A stretch of DNA of 62,977 bases, filler included, from Octopus bimaculoides (Eukaryota), in the NCBI RefSeq assembly GCF_001194135.2. It is 7 parts of 7 records of this genome, joined end to end, with 100 filler letters (N's around TTAATTAATTAA, not from the genome) between each part and the next. Parts side by side here need not be neighbours in the genome. Positions count along the whole stretch, not along the records: positions 25,404 to 57,194 come from NC_068990.1; 6 more parts are not named here. The stretch is one strand, 5' to 3'. How positions within the stretch are numbered: position 1 is the first letter of the stretch; the number at the start of each line of letters is the position of its first letter. Below, piece after piece: positions 39,991-53,448 of this stretch. Both the position numbers and the translations under genes were made by a program. The notes beneath the pieces are model-generated. The model made no database searches. It had not been told where the DNA came from and was given only the letters and a program-made list of their open reading frames with translations.

Positions 39991-41074
39991 GGAGGAGGAG
40001 GACAGTGTTGATAGTGTGGTTGCTGCAGCAATGATAATGACAAGAACAATCAATGATCTATAAATATGGAAAGGAGAAAAGAAAGGAAGAAAGGAAATAG
40101 GAAGAAGAACTGAAAGAAATAAGAAGAAAAAAGGAAGAATTACAAATTATACAAGATACAGAAAAAATCCAAAACAAAACAAAACAAAACAAAAAAAAGA
40201 ATCTACATAACTATATTAGATCAATGATGAGCAGTATGAAGAGAACCTTTTGTTGTTTTCACATGAGAAAACATGTGTAAAAGATATGTGAATGTCTAAA
40301 CAGATAAAATAACAGGCAGTAATAGATGCGAGATGGTGTATCAACCTTATTAGTATCAATGTATTTAGTATCAAGCAAAATGTCCATTTTATGTATTCTG
40401 ACAAGACAGAAACTCAAGAATAGTGTATTTGCTTTTACCAATGATTAAAAATTTATCTTTGTATGTCAGACAGAATTCATTAACCATCTCAATGGATTCT
40501 AAATAGGACCAAGAATACAGCAGGGAATTCATTGAATGCATAATTCATTGTTTCTACTACTTACATTAGAACACCCTAATCACAGTGTATGCAGCCTAAT
40601 AGCTTTTTTATATAAAGGCAGATGGTATTGGACTCAAAGTTTTTAACTGTCACCAATCCTCTATGTCAAGCAAGCTAAAGACATTGTGTTACTTTATATT
40701 AACCAATAATTCACATAGAAGAAAATAACATTCAATCGATATTGCAAAACTATAGGATTTTTGCAAGGATAATTCAGCTAGTCAGACAGACCAGTGTAAA
40801 AATGGATAGAAACAACTTTGCTGATACTCTATTGATTTAACTATTTAAAACAGTTTGCCGAATACAACAATAGCTAAACTGTATAAAATTGGAGCATTCT
40901 ATACAACCATTGTGTGGATGTGAAAATGTTAATGTTTGAAAATTCAGTAGACAAGATGATTGCTCAAAGACTGTATGCAGAATCAGAGATTCAGAAAAAC
41001 AGTGCTAACAAATTTATAGCAGTATGTTTACAGTCAAAAATAGCATTGCTCCAAATTTTTATACATTTATATAA

Positions 41075-41441
41075 GCGTAGGCATGGCTGTGTGACAAGAA
41101 ATTTGCTTCCCAATCATACGGACAGAGTAGCACCTTGGGCAAGTGTCTTCTACTACAGCCTAGAGCTGACCAAATCCTTGTGAGTGGATTTGGTACATGG
41201 AAACTAAAAAGAAGTCTGTCACGTGTGTGTGTGTGAAGGCATATGGCTCAGTGCGCTGCAATCATTTCATCATCTGATATGTGGCACCTGTTCAGGTAAT
41301 GTCGATTTGATGGAGGGGGTGAGCTTATGTGAACATAAACATTTGATCACTATAAACAAATCATCTGTGTGGTTGATCAGTAAGAAATTGTTGAACCCTC
41401 GTACGTCATCTAACAGCAGGAGAGTCCATCATATGTATGTG

Positions 41442-41479
<38 letters not shown>

Positions 41480-41703
41480 CATGCATGTCTTTGTATCTGT
41501 GTTTGTCCCTCATCACTGCTTGACAACTAGCATTGGTGTGTTTATGTCCCTGTAACTTAGCAGTTCAGTAAAAGAAACTGATAAAATAAGTACCAGACAT
41601 GAAAAGAAAATAAGTACTGGGGTTGATTCATTCAGCTAATAGTTCTTCAAGATAGTGTGCCAGCATGGCCGCAGTCTAATGACTGAAACAAGTGAAAGGT
41701 AAA
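41075..41703 (+). mobile_element. SINE family A with a nested insertion (~41233-41430) in its microsatellite core
   Basis: The family A head and tail flank an insert beginning gtgaaggcatatggctcagtg, which resembles the family D head. Confidence 0.7.
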
Positions 41704-44089
41704 AAATTGGTATTGATGTGGACAGGCAACTCTCCATTTCCCTGATGTAAGTACACCAAGATTCTTATCCATTCTTGCCAAGGTACATTATTCGTAGATC
41801 TAATAATGAAACGTAAAGGTCAGATTAATTTCGTGTATCTTTGAATCAGTTCAACCAGAACCTTCCTTGCTAATATGGCTGTATCATTTTCAAAAGTGTT
41901 TGAAAACACTTTTTCTGTTATGTGACAAATTCTTTATAAACTAATACATGACATATTCTCGAAGTACTGAAAATCATTCTAAACAATGGATTCATATTTT
42001 TGATTTATAATTTATGACTTGTATTTTTAAACTATATTACTTTTGTAACCTCCTTTCTTTCTCAGTAACTAGCTCTATCATGGAAATTAAAGTTATTGTT
42101 TAAAATGGATGAAGCCTTTGCCCTGCTGCTCATATTGAAAACCTAAAATGCTAAATTAAATTGATTCTTAAATTTGTATTTGGAATATTCTAATGTTTCT
42201 CATATATTGCCATTTCTTTTTAAGTAGGACATCATTTAGAAGTTTAATCTCTTAAGGTGAGTGGAACATCCAGAAATTGAATTCCTGAATTATCAATTTA
42301 AACTTTTGAATCTGTAAAATAAAATTTCTAAAATAAATTCTGATGTGGAAAATATCAATTTTAATAGTAATATATTGATAAAATAAAAATTGCAATTCTT
42401 GGAAATATTTGATAAAGGAACATAATTTTTTTGACATTTAACCATAAGTGAATTATAGAAATTAAAAAAAAAAAATGTAGATAATGCATGTATAGAGCAG
42501 TTCAGAAAAGATTGTACATGTGCAGAAAGACAATGAAATTTAGCAGGTAATAAAAATATTGTAAAAAAGGAAGAAATCTCTAAATTTCTTTGATATGTAT
42601 TCTGTTTGTAACCAGACTAGTGAAACACATTCCATTGAACTAGTGAGTCAAGTGTTGAGCCTCTGACTTACAATTACTAATAAAGTGAAGCCTTACAAAC
42701 ATAAAAGTTCATCAAGTCTTGTGATTTCTAATGTAATTGAGCTGTCGACTAGCATCAGAGGGAAATAGATCAGAGCTAAACTACTCATGTGAAAAACTTG
42801 AAAAACCTAAAAAAAGAATTCATAAGCTCTGTGAAACAGAACCATTGCAACCCTTTGACAGCCTGCAGCCATAGATAAATGTATAAACTGCAGTATTATA
42901 AATAAATGCAAATGCAAATAAATATTTTTTCTCCGTTTTTTTTGTTTGTTTTGTGTGTTTGTTCATAAGTTTCTTATTCCTACTAAATCTATCAAAAGAT
43001 ATTTGTGATGTGTAGTAAATATAAAAATGAAACTACAATCATGATTTATATATTTTGTCATAATACTATTAGTGCTAGTGAAACTTTTCTTTCCAATATA
43101 TTAAAAAAAAATAAACAAAAACATTTTAGGTCCTTAACTTTGGTCACAGGAGCATATAAAAATGATTGACTATACATTTTGACTTTTTCAGCTTGTAGTC
43201 AATTATGTTGGCCACAGAGAAATTTATAACCTGTTATAAAAATATGTATCATGTCATAACTGAGAAAAATAGAGATAGGGCAACATTCTCAGTATATTTT
43301 TGTTCTGTCCGTGCGAATATGTTTAGTTTGAAAATAAAATGTTATGGCAGTTTTATATGATGTTAACACAAGAAATTGAATCTGAGAGAGCAGATTATAT
43401 TTTTAGGAGGAAATTAAAACAAAACAGGTGGCCTAGAGTTCAAAGCAAGTAAAATGATTTTAATACTCATTGTATCTGAATTTTAGTTGTTATTTGATTG
43501 AAAATTGCATCAAAGTTTGAACTGGGTTCTATTCACACTGATGTGTATCAAGGTACTCTAAAAACTTGTTTAACAACGAATAACAGTCTTGTTTCTCCAA
43601 ACCACTGTAGCAGTCGCTACGACTGCTACTATTAATAATGATGAAATAATTACAGAGTACATTTAATATTCTACTTGCCAATCTAACAGTCATTTCAGAG
43701 TGCTGTTTATTTGTACAACAATTACATTTGTAAGACTTGGAAGACTGGGATTATATAGGATAACTAGGATTTGAGGTGACAAGTCATTCCAGCAAGTATG
43801 AATGATATTTTAAGTTACCATAAACAATAAAAATATATTATGTTTCAGGTGGAGCGTTTCATTGAAGATTAATCTTACAGGATACAGAAATCATTAAGAT
43901 GTTCCTCACTCTGAAGAGATTTACCAAAGAAAATAATGAGATTGATGCAAGTATTTTTTTAAAATACTTCCACTACCATCTGCAGTGCCACCAATAATAG
44001 TAGCATTCCATGTGGAAAAAAAAAAAAAATAGGAATGGACATCATATTAGTATTTACTTTCGTTTTTTTATTATGATATTGCAATGCTG

Positions 44090-44859
44090 GAATTGGTACT
44101 TTTGGAATCTGTATTTTGTAAGAAAGTTGAGGGCCATCTGTGATTCACACCGGATTTCAACAACAAAATTAAAACAGACTTTTGAGCTGCCTTTTCATCT
44201 TAGGGAAGGGTGCTAAATCTGGTAAATAGGGTGGGTGCAGAAGTGATACCATGTTGTTTTAGGTGTGAAACTCATGAGTGAGGCGAGTTCGGTGACAGGG
44301 GACATTATCATTGTGAAGAATTAAATTCTTTAAGCTCCACAAGTTTGTTCCTTTTGCTGAATGTCTTCCCTCAAATGCTTCAAAACGTTGCAGTGGAACT
44401 CTCAATTGATGATCTGGCCTTGGGGGACGAATTCTCAATGCACAATACCACATATCTGGAGGTGATGCACATGGCAGGTTTTCCAGATCGTTCATCGCCT
44501 TCAAAGGACATTCTTCCACATCTGAAGTGCCTGTGCCACTTGAAACATTATGTACAACCCATTGCCTCATCACTATAATCTTGCCAACATATGCTCAATG
44601 TCTCTGTAGCAGACTTCCTAGGTTTAACACAAAATTTCACATTGGCTCTCTGTTCCTGTCCATGACAAAATCACAGACTACAACATACATGTGGTCACAA
44701 AAATACAAATTTCACAACTTGCAAAGTAAACACAATGACATCACTCAGCACACTACCTCATGAAGGTGACTGGTGGCTCTCACTGCACATGCAACCGTGC
44801 ACTGCCATCTGTTGGCAAACTACATAACTAGTCAGGGAATATTTTGATATCACCTCATA
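44090..44859 (-). mobile_element. Mariner transposon remnant (internally deleted)
   Basis: Terminus TA-TGAGGTGATATCAAAATATTCCCTGAC. Minus-strand LILHNDNVPCHRTRLTHEF corresponds to LHHDNAPxH, followed by a degenerate PYSPDLAP region. Confidence 0.75.
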
Positions 44860-45659
44860 TATATATATATCTGTAATATATGTGACAATTATTAAGTTGC
44901 CATAATAAAACTCTGAGTGTCGGATATCAGGTGGAAATCTGCTCCGGCATCTCGTCAGTTATTAAGACAATCGAAAGCTGCTATAAAAATGACCATTAAA
45001 CAAAAGGAAATTACTATGTAAATGACCCTTATTAAGACAAACAAAATAGCTATTAGAATGACTGTTAAATAAAGGGAAAGAACTCGAAGGGGAGAAAGTA
45101 AAAAAGTAAAAACGCTCATAGAGTTTGCATATGCATGCATGTACATACATACACATGCATGCATGCACACCCACGTACATGTGCTTATAGGCATATGTTC
45201 ACTCACACCCATGTGAAACATATACATACACATCCACACACACCTATATGTGCACATACCCATATGTGCATAATTATATTCATATACATGTCTAAATACG
45301 CACATGCTATATATGCATATGCTCACTCACACTCGCGTGAAACACATGCATGTACACCCACATATATATGCAACCATACACATGTACGCAAACACATACC
45401 TACACACACGCACACACGTATATATACCCATACATGTACAAATATGTTCATATACATGTCTATATGACATGTATATGCACATGCACAAGAAAAATGCAGG
45501 GTGAAAAGTAAAATACAGAAAAAATATGTAAAAATATATAAAGCAATAAAAATATATATAAAAATATGTAAAAATATACATATAGAAAATATAGAGAGAT
45601 AAAATGCTTGTACGTGGACACACTATAAAAAGCAGGTTCTATCTGTGATCTTGTGGGGA

Positions 45660-46400
45660 CCAAAAACGTAACAAATATTTAGCCATATGTGGACATGATC
45701 AAAAAAGTTCAGTTCTTGAATTTAGACATGTAGTGGGATCTAAGCTGCTTTTCCAGATGAGCTATCTTTCCATATCACAAAGGCCACACTTTCCACTGCC
45801 ATTGGTTTAAGGCTTACACTTGGCTAAGATCTTCCAATGGATGTTGTAATTGATACCTTTTTTTTTTAAGTGCCATATATGACTGGATAATTTGGTTGTT
45901 TTTCTTTTATTCTAGTGTCTGAAGCTCAAGGTGTGATTGTTGAACCTGGATTTAAAATTCCCCTCTCGGAGACCCACATATTTCTTTGATGAAACTTATG
46001 TCCTTAGTGGTTGTAGAGTCTACAGTGGCTTCATAAATGATGGTATCGGAAACGCAAGCTCCATTTAGTGGGCACAAATTTTTATCCCTGCATGAACAGC
46101 TGGTTTCATTTTGTTGTTTTTGTGTGTTGTGTGCGATTATATTTTAAAAATTAGTAGTTGAGCTAAAACTGATTTTTAAATTATGTCTATTGAAGAGCTT
46201 TCTGTAACTATGATTGATTGGAAAATGTCTCTCTATAAGTGCTAAGAAATATCTACCTATATTAACGTTCATTTCGGGGGAGTAAGAGGGTGTGAACCAG
46301 ATAGTTTTCCTCTTCCTACATTTCCTTTTCTTTATTATTAGACTGGTAACACGTGTATAGGTTATTTCCTCGCTAAATCCACTTATGACAACCAAATAAT
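45660..46400 (-). mobile_element. Penelope-like element (GIY-YIG endonuclease region), decayed
   Basis: RKRKTIWFTPSYS..NIGRYFLALIERHFP..KLFNRHNLKISFS, then CSCRDKNLCPLNGAC...FKSRFNNHTLSF...TKLSSHIWHLK...C.LC; stops and frameshifts present. Confidence 0.9.
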
Positions 46401-46487
46401 TGTCACATATTATATTACAGATAAATTCCTCTATTTACATAATATCGAGGTCTCATTCAGTCTTTTGTTGTCATACCATTACTATTA

Positions 46488-46520
<33 letters not shown>

Positions 46521-46879
46521 ATATATATTTGTGTGTGTATGTGTGTATACATACACACACACACACATATATATATAAATATATATATATAGTGAAGTAT
46601 ATTTGCCATTTAAATGTGGCTGACCCCTAAGGGTGGATGTTACTGTTGCTTTTAGCCCCAGGAGAACATCTCCTCCAGCTGGCTTATCGACACACATCTG
46701 TGTCTTGTCTATTTTTGCCAAGGGAAGTTATCCCTCCCATCTTGGTCTGCGATACGTACGGACCCGAGTTTCAGGGTTATTTCCCTTCTTCAGCGTACGA
46801 TAATCGCCGACCTTCGATGAGAAGGACAATCTCTTGGCAAAAATATAAGTCTTTTTCCAGTGAAGTTATTCACTGATAT

Positions 46880-47400
46880 CGAAAAAGTGAAAACAAGCAA
46901 TGGTTCAGACATTTCCAAGATTGCATAAAAATGTTGATATTGACGAACGTTCTGGGAGACCCACAATCAGCAGAACTGAGAAAAACATCGCAGGTGTGTA
47001 TGCAGCTGTGAGTGAAAATCGTCGAATCACCATCCGTGAGTTATCAGAGGATGTGCAGATTAGTTATGGTCCAGTTCAGTCCATAATCACTGAAGATTTG
47101 GGTATGAGATGCGTGTCTGCCAAGTTTGTGCCAAAACTGTTTTCAGCTGACCAAAAAGACACTTGGGTTTTAGTTGCACAAGATCTTAATTGTGTTGAGA
47201 ATGATGAAAACTTTTTGAAAACTTTGCGTAGGCCTCTGAGCAGGCATCACCAAGCCTTTGGCAAAATTTGATGCAGATTCTCTGCTCAACTTTCTCTGTC
47301 ATTGTCAATGCGATGATCACATGCTACACACCTTCCTTTCAAGCACTGCTGTAAACAGTGGAAATAAACTAGTGCACATGCACAGCAGATTTCAAGGTCA
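46880..47400 (+). mobile_element. Mariner transposon remnant (internally deleted)
   Basis: DERSGRPTISRTEKNI...ENRRITIRELSEDVQISYGPVQSIITEDLGMRCVSAKFVPKLFS, which includes the VPxxL motif. Confidence 0.9.
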
Positions 47401-48049
47401 ATCTGGGCCAAGCAGCTTAACTCTGCATGCTTTAGCTTTGTTACTATAGCAACAGTCCAGATACTTATTGATCAGATCGCACACACAAATAGATAGATAG
47501 ATAGATAGGTAGATTGACAGTAGTTCATATATTCGAAAAAGAAGCACATTCTAAAACATTAGAGTAGTAATATAATTAGAAAGTTGTTTGTTATGTCTAG
47601 TCAGAGAGTGACCATTGGTTTTTCGCCTTCCAGTTGTAGAGAGGATATATGCCTCCAGCCATTTGTGTCTGATGAGTCACCTACGCAGCTAACCACTTTA
47701 TAGGTGTGAAACCAATGATCACACTCTAACTGGCCAAAACAAACAACCTTCTAAATACAAACATACATACATGTGCATATGTGTGTGTGTGTGTAGGTAG
47801 GCTTTGGTCGCCCTGAGGCTATACTAGAAAACACTTGCCCAAGGTACCACGCTGTAGGACTGAACCTGAAACCATGTGGTTGGGAAGCAAGATTCTTACT
47901 ACACAACCATGTCTATAAAAATATATAATAATATAGATTAAATCATGTGTTCTCACTACATGAATAAATGAAGTTTGTACGAAACGTACGTACTGCTATA
48001 ACCTATTGAACTTTTGTTGATTTTCTTCAAATATAAATTTCTATATATA

Positions 48050-48166
48050 TATGGGAGAATTTACGAAAAAAACAACAGACAAAGACAGGTGGTGTAAACA
48101 ACAAATGGATGTGTTTGGTTACACCACCTGTCTTCGTCTGTTGTTTTTTTCGTAAATTCTCCCATA
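48050..48166. repeat. Hairpin with 48-bp arms and 21-nt loop
   Basis: tatgggagaatttacgaaaaaaacaacagacaaagacaggtggtgtaa / ttacaccacctgtcttcgtctgttgtttttttcgtaaattctcccata, one mismatch. Confidence 0.95.
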
Positions 48167-48984
48167 CATAACACACGCTCACGTGGTCACACCAGCTAAT
48201 CCTGTCTCTACTCATCACACACGAACTTCTGGACTCTCTACCTTTTTTCATTCTGGACTTATTTGTTCTGGAGTTTTTTATTCTGAACTTTACACTCTCC
48301 TGTTGCACCTCTCCTACTCACAGATTACACTGGATCTATCTACTATATATATATATATATANNNNNNNNNNNNNNNNNNNNNNNNNNNNNNNNNNNNNNN
48401 NNNNNNNNNNNNNNNNNNNNNNNNNNNNNNNNNNNNNNNNNNNNNNNNNNNNNNNNNNNNNNNNNNNNNNNNNNNNNNNNNNNNNNNNNNNNNNNNNNNN
48501 NNNNNNNNNNNNNNNNNNNNNNNNNNNNNATATATATACAATATAATATAAGATCTCTGTAGGTAAACCTACTAGCTGTAGATTATCATTTGATATATAT
48601 GTCATTTCATAATCAGAAATATCCAAGACTTCAAGGACTTAATGATAGCAAGGAATTATGAACCTTGCACACTCCAATTGGAAATGTGTCACTCCTGATT
48701 TGTAACTCAACAAATTACTGCTAATGTACAGATATAACTATGCTGAATGACTGCTTGAATTTCAAGACATTCTAATAGACAAATACGAAGCAAAGAAGTT
48801 GTAGAAATGCTAGCAAGAAGTTGTAGAAATTTTAAAGCACTAAACTAAATATTTTACAGTCACTGTTATTTAAGACTACATTTTGAGCGTGAGTTATGCT
48901 AGGTTCGACTTTGGCTTTCATTTCACCAAGATGTACCAGTAATACACTGAAAATTGGCAACTTGACTTTAATCTTTCTCTTCTG

Positions 48985-49440
48985 TTTTGCAGCTTTGTGT
49001 GGTCAAGATGCTTGCTTCACAATGATGTGGGTTTATGATTAATCCATTGTGGTTGTGTGCTAAGAGGCTTGCTTCCCAACTACATGGTTTAGGCCCATTG
49101 CATGGAACCTTGGACAATTGTCTTCTACTAAAGCCTTGAGTTGACTAAAGCCTTTTAAGTGGATTTGGTAGAGAAAAACTGAAAGAAACCCGCTGTATAT
49201 ATTTTGTGCATATGTGTGTGTGTCTTTATGCATGTGTTTGCCCCTGACTACCACTTGATAACCGGTGTTGGTGTGTTTATGTCCCATAATTTAACCATTT
49301 GGAAAAATATATCAATAAAATAATACAAGCCTTTAAAAAAAAGTACTTGGGTTGATACATTTGACTAAAAGTTCTTCAAAGGAGTGCCCTAGCATGGTCA
49401 CAGTCTAATGACTAAAGCAAATAAAAGATAAAAGAAATTG
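48985..49440 (+). mobile_element. SINE family A, diverged (head partly duplicated)
   Basis: Two tgtggt..aaga.gcttgctt head starts, then body and tail. Confidence 0.65.
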
Positions 49441-50709
49441 GGCAAGTGTTTTCTGCTATAACTCAGGCTGACCAAGGCCTTGTGAGTGAATATTGAGAGA
49501 TTGAAGTATGTTGAAGGGATCATTCCAATTCTGGAATGGTAAATTTAATCTTTTGTTCAGTTTAATATCACAACATAGGTCTTAAGTATCTAGTCTATTT
49601 TTAGAATAAAAACTAGCTGTCTCGTCTAGGGATGATAACCCTTCTTTTATCTATTACTCGTTTCAGCCACTAGACTGCAATCATGCTGGGGCACTACATT
49701 GAAGATTTTTTAGTTGAACAAATCAATCCTAGTACATTTATTATTTTAAGCCTAGCACTTATTCTGTCAGTCTCCTTTGCTGAGCCACTAAGTTATGGGG
49801 ACATAAACAGATTAGAACCATTTATCAAGCAATGGTGGAGGACAAACATTGACATAAAGATACAGGCATACATACACACACACACACACAGACATATATA
49901 TGGGGAAAAAAGTCAAGGTAGAAAATGCTAAAATAATTTTATAAAAAACATTTCAGTACCGGTTTCAGTCATTGAGACTTTTTCAACTGTAAATATGGAA
50001 AACAATTAAATTTTGGAAAAATTAAAAGAAAAGTTTTTTAAAAGAATATTTGCATAGTATTCAAATACAAGGGGCATTTTCCTTGTTTCTGCCTGTCTCT
50101 GTGTATCTTGTTTATTCTTGTGAGTTCAAGGTCATTGTGAATTCTTGGCAGGGAAGAAGAAGAAGGAGGAGGAGAATGCAGGAGTGCTATGATAGTAGTA
50201 GGATGTTAAATTGTCGAGTGACTTGTTGTGGACGGTAGTAGTGATTGAATTCTTGTATATATATACATATATGATAGGCTTCTTTCAGTTTCTGTCTGCC
50301 AAATCCACTCACAAGGTTTTAGTTGAACCAAGGCTATACTAGGAGACACTCACTCAAAATGCCATGCAATGGGACTGAACCCAGAGCCATGTGGTTGAGA
50401 AGCAAGCTTCCAACCATGCAGACAGGCCTGCACCTATGATGACAGATTTTTTATAGTTTGACAAATATGAGAAATTATTATTCTTCCCTGTAAGGATGAA
50501 TTTTTTAGGTCTAGGTCTGTAAGATCCCACACCTAAATCATTACAACCACAGCATAAATATCTGTCCTCTAACATATACTGAAACTGTCTAATATATATA
50601 TACATATATATATATTCACCTACATAACTGTCTAGTAACAAATCTAACAGTGTATGTATACACTGTGGGTATACGTTTATCACTACCTTATATATATANN
50701 NNNNNNNNA

Positions 50710-52498
50710 ATAATATTAGGGAATAAAAAATTTTTATTCCAACCTTACAGGCAAAAATCGGTATAATATTATACCGGGTTTCCTAATATATAATACATAT
50801 GTATATAACTAATTTAGAGACGAACCACCACTCTACAACTCAGAACCCGCCCAACTCCATGCTGTGAGGCATATACCATCTTAATATATCTAATATTTTA
50901 ATCTAAAAATTTAAATTAAATAACATATTACATAAATAAATCATAGAAATAAATCATAGAAATCATATAAATATTAATTTAAGTCAAATTTATAAATTGG
51001 ACAGTAAAAGTTAATACGATAATATATAGTATGGAAGTATAAATGTAAAAGGTTAGTGCTAGTACATAGACTACACGTGTCTCATGGCTGAAATAGGACT
51101 ATATAAAATCATATGCAAATTCTATCCGTGTTCATTAGAACGGGGAAATGATTTTACTCCCCAAATCAGTCACTCTTCTGCTCAAATCCTGAGAAAATAC
51201 CTAAAATCATTCAAGGAATAAACATAAACATGAGAAATAAATATATATATATATAAAGAGACAACATCTGTAAACTAATCCCTACATTAACGGTATTGAT
51301 ATAATTATTAAGAGTTACAATCTAAAAATATTATAGCATTATTGTAAACAAGGTTAAAACATTATGGAATACGTGGATAATAGTAAAAAAAAAATGTGTT
51401 AGTGTACAAAGTTACTAAAAGATGGATGCCAATATTGTTTATAAAATTAAAATAAGAAAACATGACTTATCTGCCGGCTGATAATTTGTAGATTAAACCC
51501 AAAATGGCTGTACTGTAGAATTTATACTAAAAGGTCACGTGATAAATATGGCGTCTATTACCCAGAAGTACATGCGTATTATAATTACTAAAATAATAAC
51601 GAAAATATCGATAAAAGAAAATCTACCTAAAATAAAACGTTTCTTGAAGATTAGAAATACTAAAATATTTAAACTTGCAAATTAACGCAGAGTAATAACT
51701 ATGCCCATACGAAAATTCTATATTACATAAATAATGCTATGAAAATTAATACTGGAAAGTCACGTGATAAACATGGCGTCTATTACCGGAGGTAAGTACG
51801 TGTTATAATTACTAAAATAATAACGAAAATATCGAAAAAGAAAATCTACCTAAAATAAAAATTTTAATGAAGATTAATAATACTAAAATACTTAAAACTC
51901 TCAGATTTACGCAAAATAATAACTATACCAAATACGAAAGTTATATATTACTTAAATAATGTTATGAAACATTGTAAAAGACTGCTCATATTATCGTTGA
52001 ATACTTAAAGTAAAGGTAGTTATATGTTCCAATTTTGTATAATATTGTGATGATTAAAGTGGATTCTAAAGCTAATTTGATATATTTTACGATACTGATC
52101 ACAACTATAAGTTGGTACCTAATACTAGGTTTAAATAAATAAATTAGTTATCTAAACTTATTATATAAGTAATTTAATTTATGTCTGCATTTAATATTAC
52201 GTTCATCGTGGGAGTTAATCAATTTTTTATTAGTTAATAATATCTCTTTAAATTCGTTAGTACATAATAAGCAAAATTTATTCCCTATCCTATATGATTT
52301 AGCCTTGCAAACTATTTCCCATTTTAACTCGTATTCTATTCTTTTTGAATTAAGTTCCCAAATGTATTTACTAAGGCCCGTAGCCTTCATTAAATTTCTG
52401 TTCTTAAAAGAATTCATATGTTGGGCCACCCGGGATTTAATTTTAACTTTTTACATTTATACTTCCATACTGTATATTATCGTATTAATTTTTACTGT
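50710..52498 (-). mobile_element. Penelope-like element 3' part: uninterrupted GIY-YIG C-terminal ORF (52148-52429) plus long 3' region
   Basis: QHMNSFKNRNLMKATGLSKYIWELNSKRIEYELKWEIVCKAKSYRIGNKFCLLCTNEFKEI...LINSHDE..KCRHK matches the Penelope HxxSF...T.LS.YIW.L...C.LCxxE...CRH pattern. Truncated by gaps. Confidence 0.85.
51534..51985. repeat. 225-bp diverged tandem duplication in the Penelope 3' region
   Basis: GTCACGTGATAAA(T/C)ATGGCGTCTATTACC starts at both 51534 and 51759, followed by ~200 nt of alignable sequence. Confidence 0.9.
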
Positions 52499-53413
52499 NN
52501 NNNNNNNNNNNNNNNNNNNNNNNNNNNNNNNNNNNNNNNNNNNNNNNNNNNNNNNNNNNNNNNNNNNNNNNNNNNNNNNNNNNNNNNNNNNNNNNNNNNN
52601 NNNNNNNNNNNNNNNNNNNNNNNNNNNNNNNNNNNNNNNNNNNNNNNNNNNNNNNNNNNNNNNNNNNNNNNNNNNNNNNNNNNNNNNNNNNNNNNNNNNN
52701 NNNNNNNNNNNNNNNNNNNNNNNNNNNNNNNNNNNNNNNNNNNNNNNNNNNNNNNNNNNNNNNNNNNNNNNNNNNNNNNNNNNNNNNNNNNNNNNNNNNN
52801 NNNNNNNNNNNNNNNNNNNNNNNNNNNNNNNNNNNNNNNNNNNNNNNNNNNNNNNNNTATATGTATATGTATATATATTTATGTCTGTGTGTCTTTGTGT
52901 CAGTGTTTGTTCCTCTACCATCGCTTGACAACCAATGTTTGTGTATTTACGTACCTGTAACGTAGTGGTTTGGCAAAAGAGACCGATATAAAAAGTACTA
53001 CAGAAAAAGTACTGGGGTCAATTACTTCAATTAAACCCTTCAAAGTGTTTCTCCAGCATGGCCACAGTCAAATAACTGAAACAATTAAAAGACAGAAGGT
53101 AAAAGATATATATATTTATATATATGCATGAGCATGTGTATGTATGTATATCACGTGAGTGACTAGGCTATCAGATGTTGTTACACATCACTGGTCACAA
53201 TACCCTTTTGCGTTGTTTTAGACTTCAAAATGATGCCACCCTGCTGGCTGGGTGAGCTGACCAACATTTTCCCCCTGACCAAAAATGGGACTGAAGCAAT
53301 GTGAAGTGATGTGTTTTTCTCAAGAACACAAAGTGCCACACAATCAGGGAATCAAACCCACTATCTAGGAATCGTGAGTGCAACAGCCAAACCACTAAGC
53401 CATGCACCTTTAA

Positions 53414-53448
<35 letters not shown>

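Noticed and set aside
40216-40900. Hydrophobic minus-strand frames as a GPCR pseudogene
   Set aside because: There are many stops and no convincing rhodopsin-family motifs (DRY, NPxxY).
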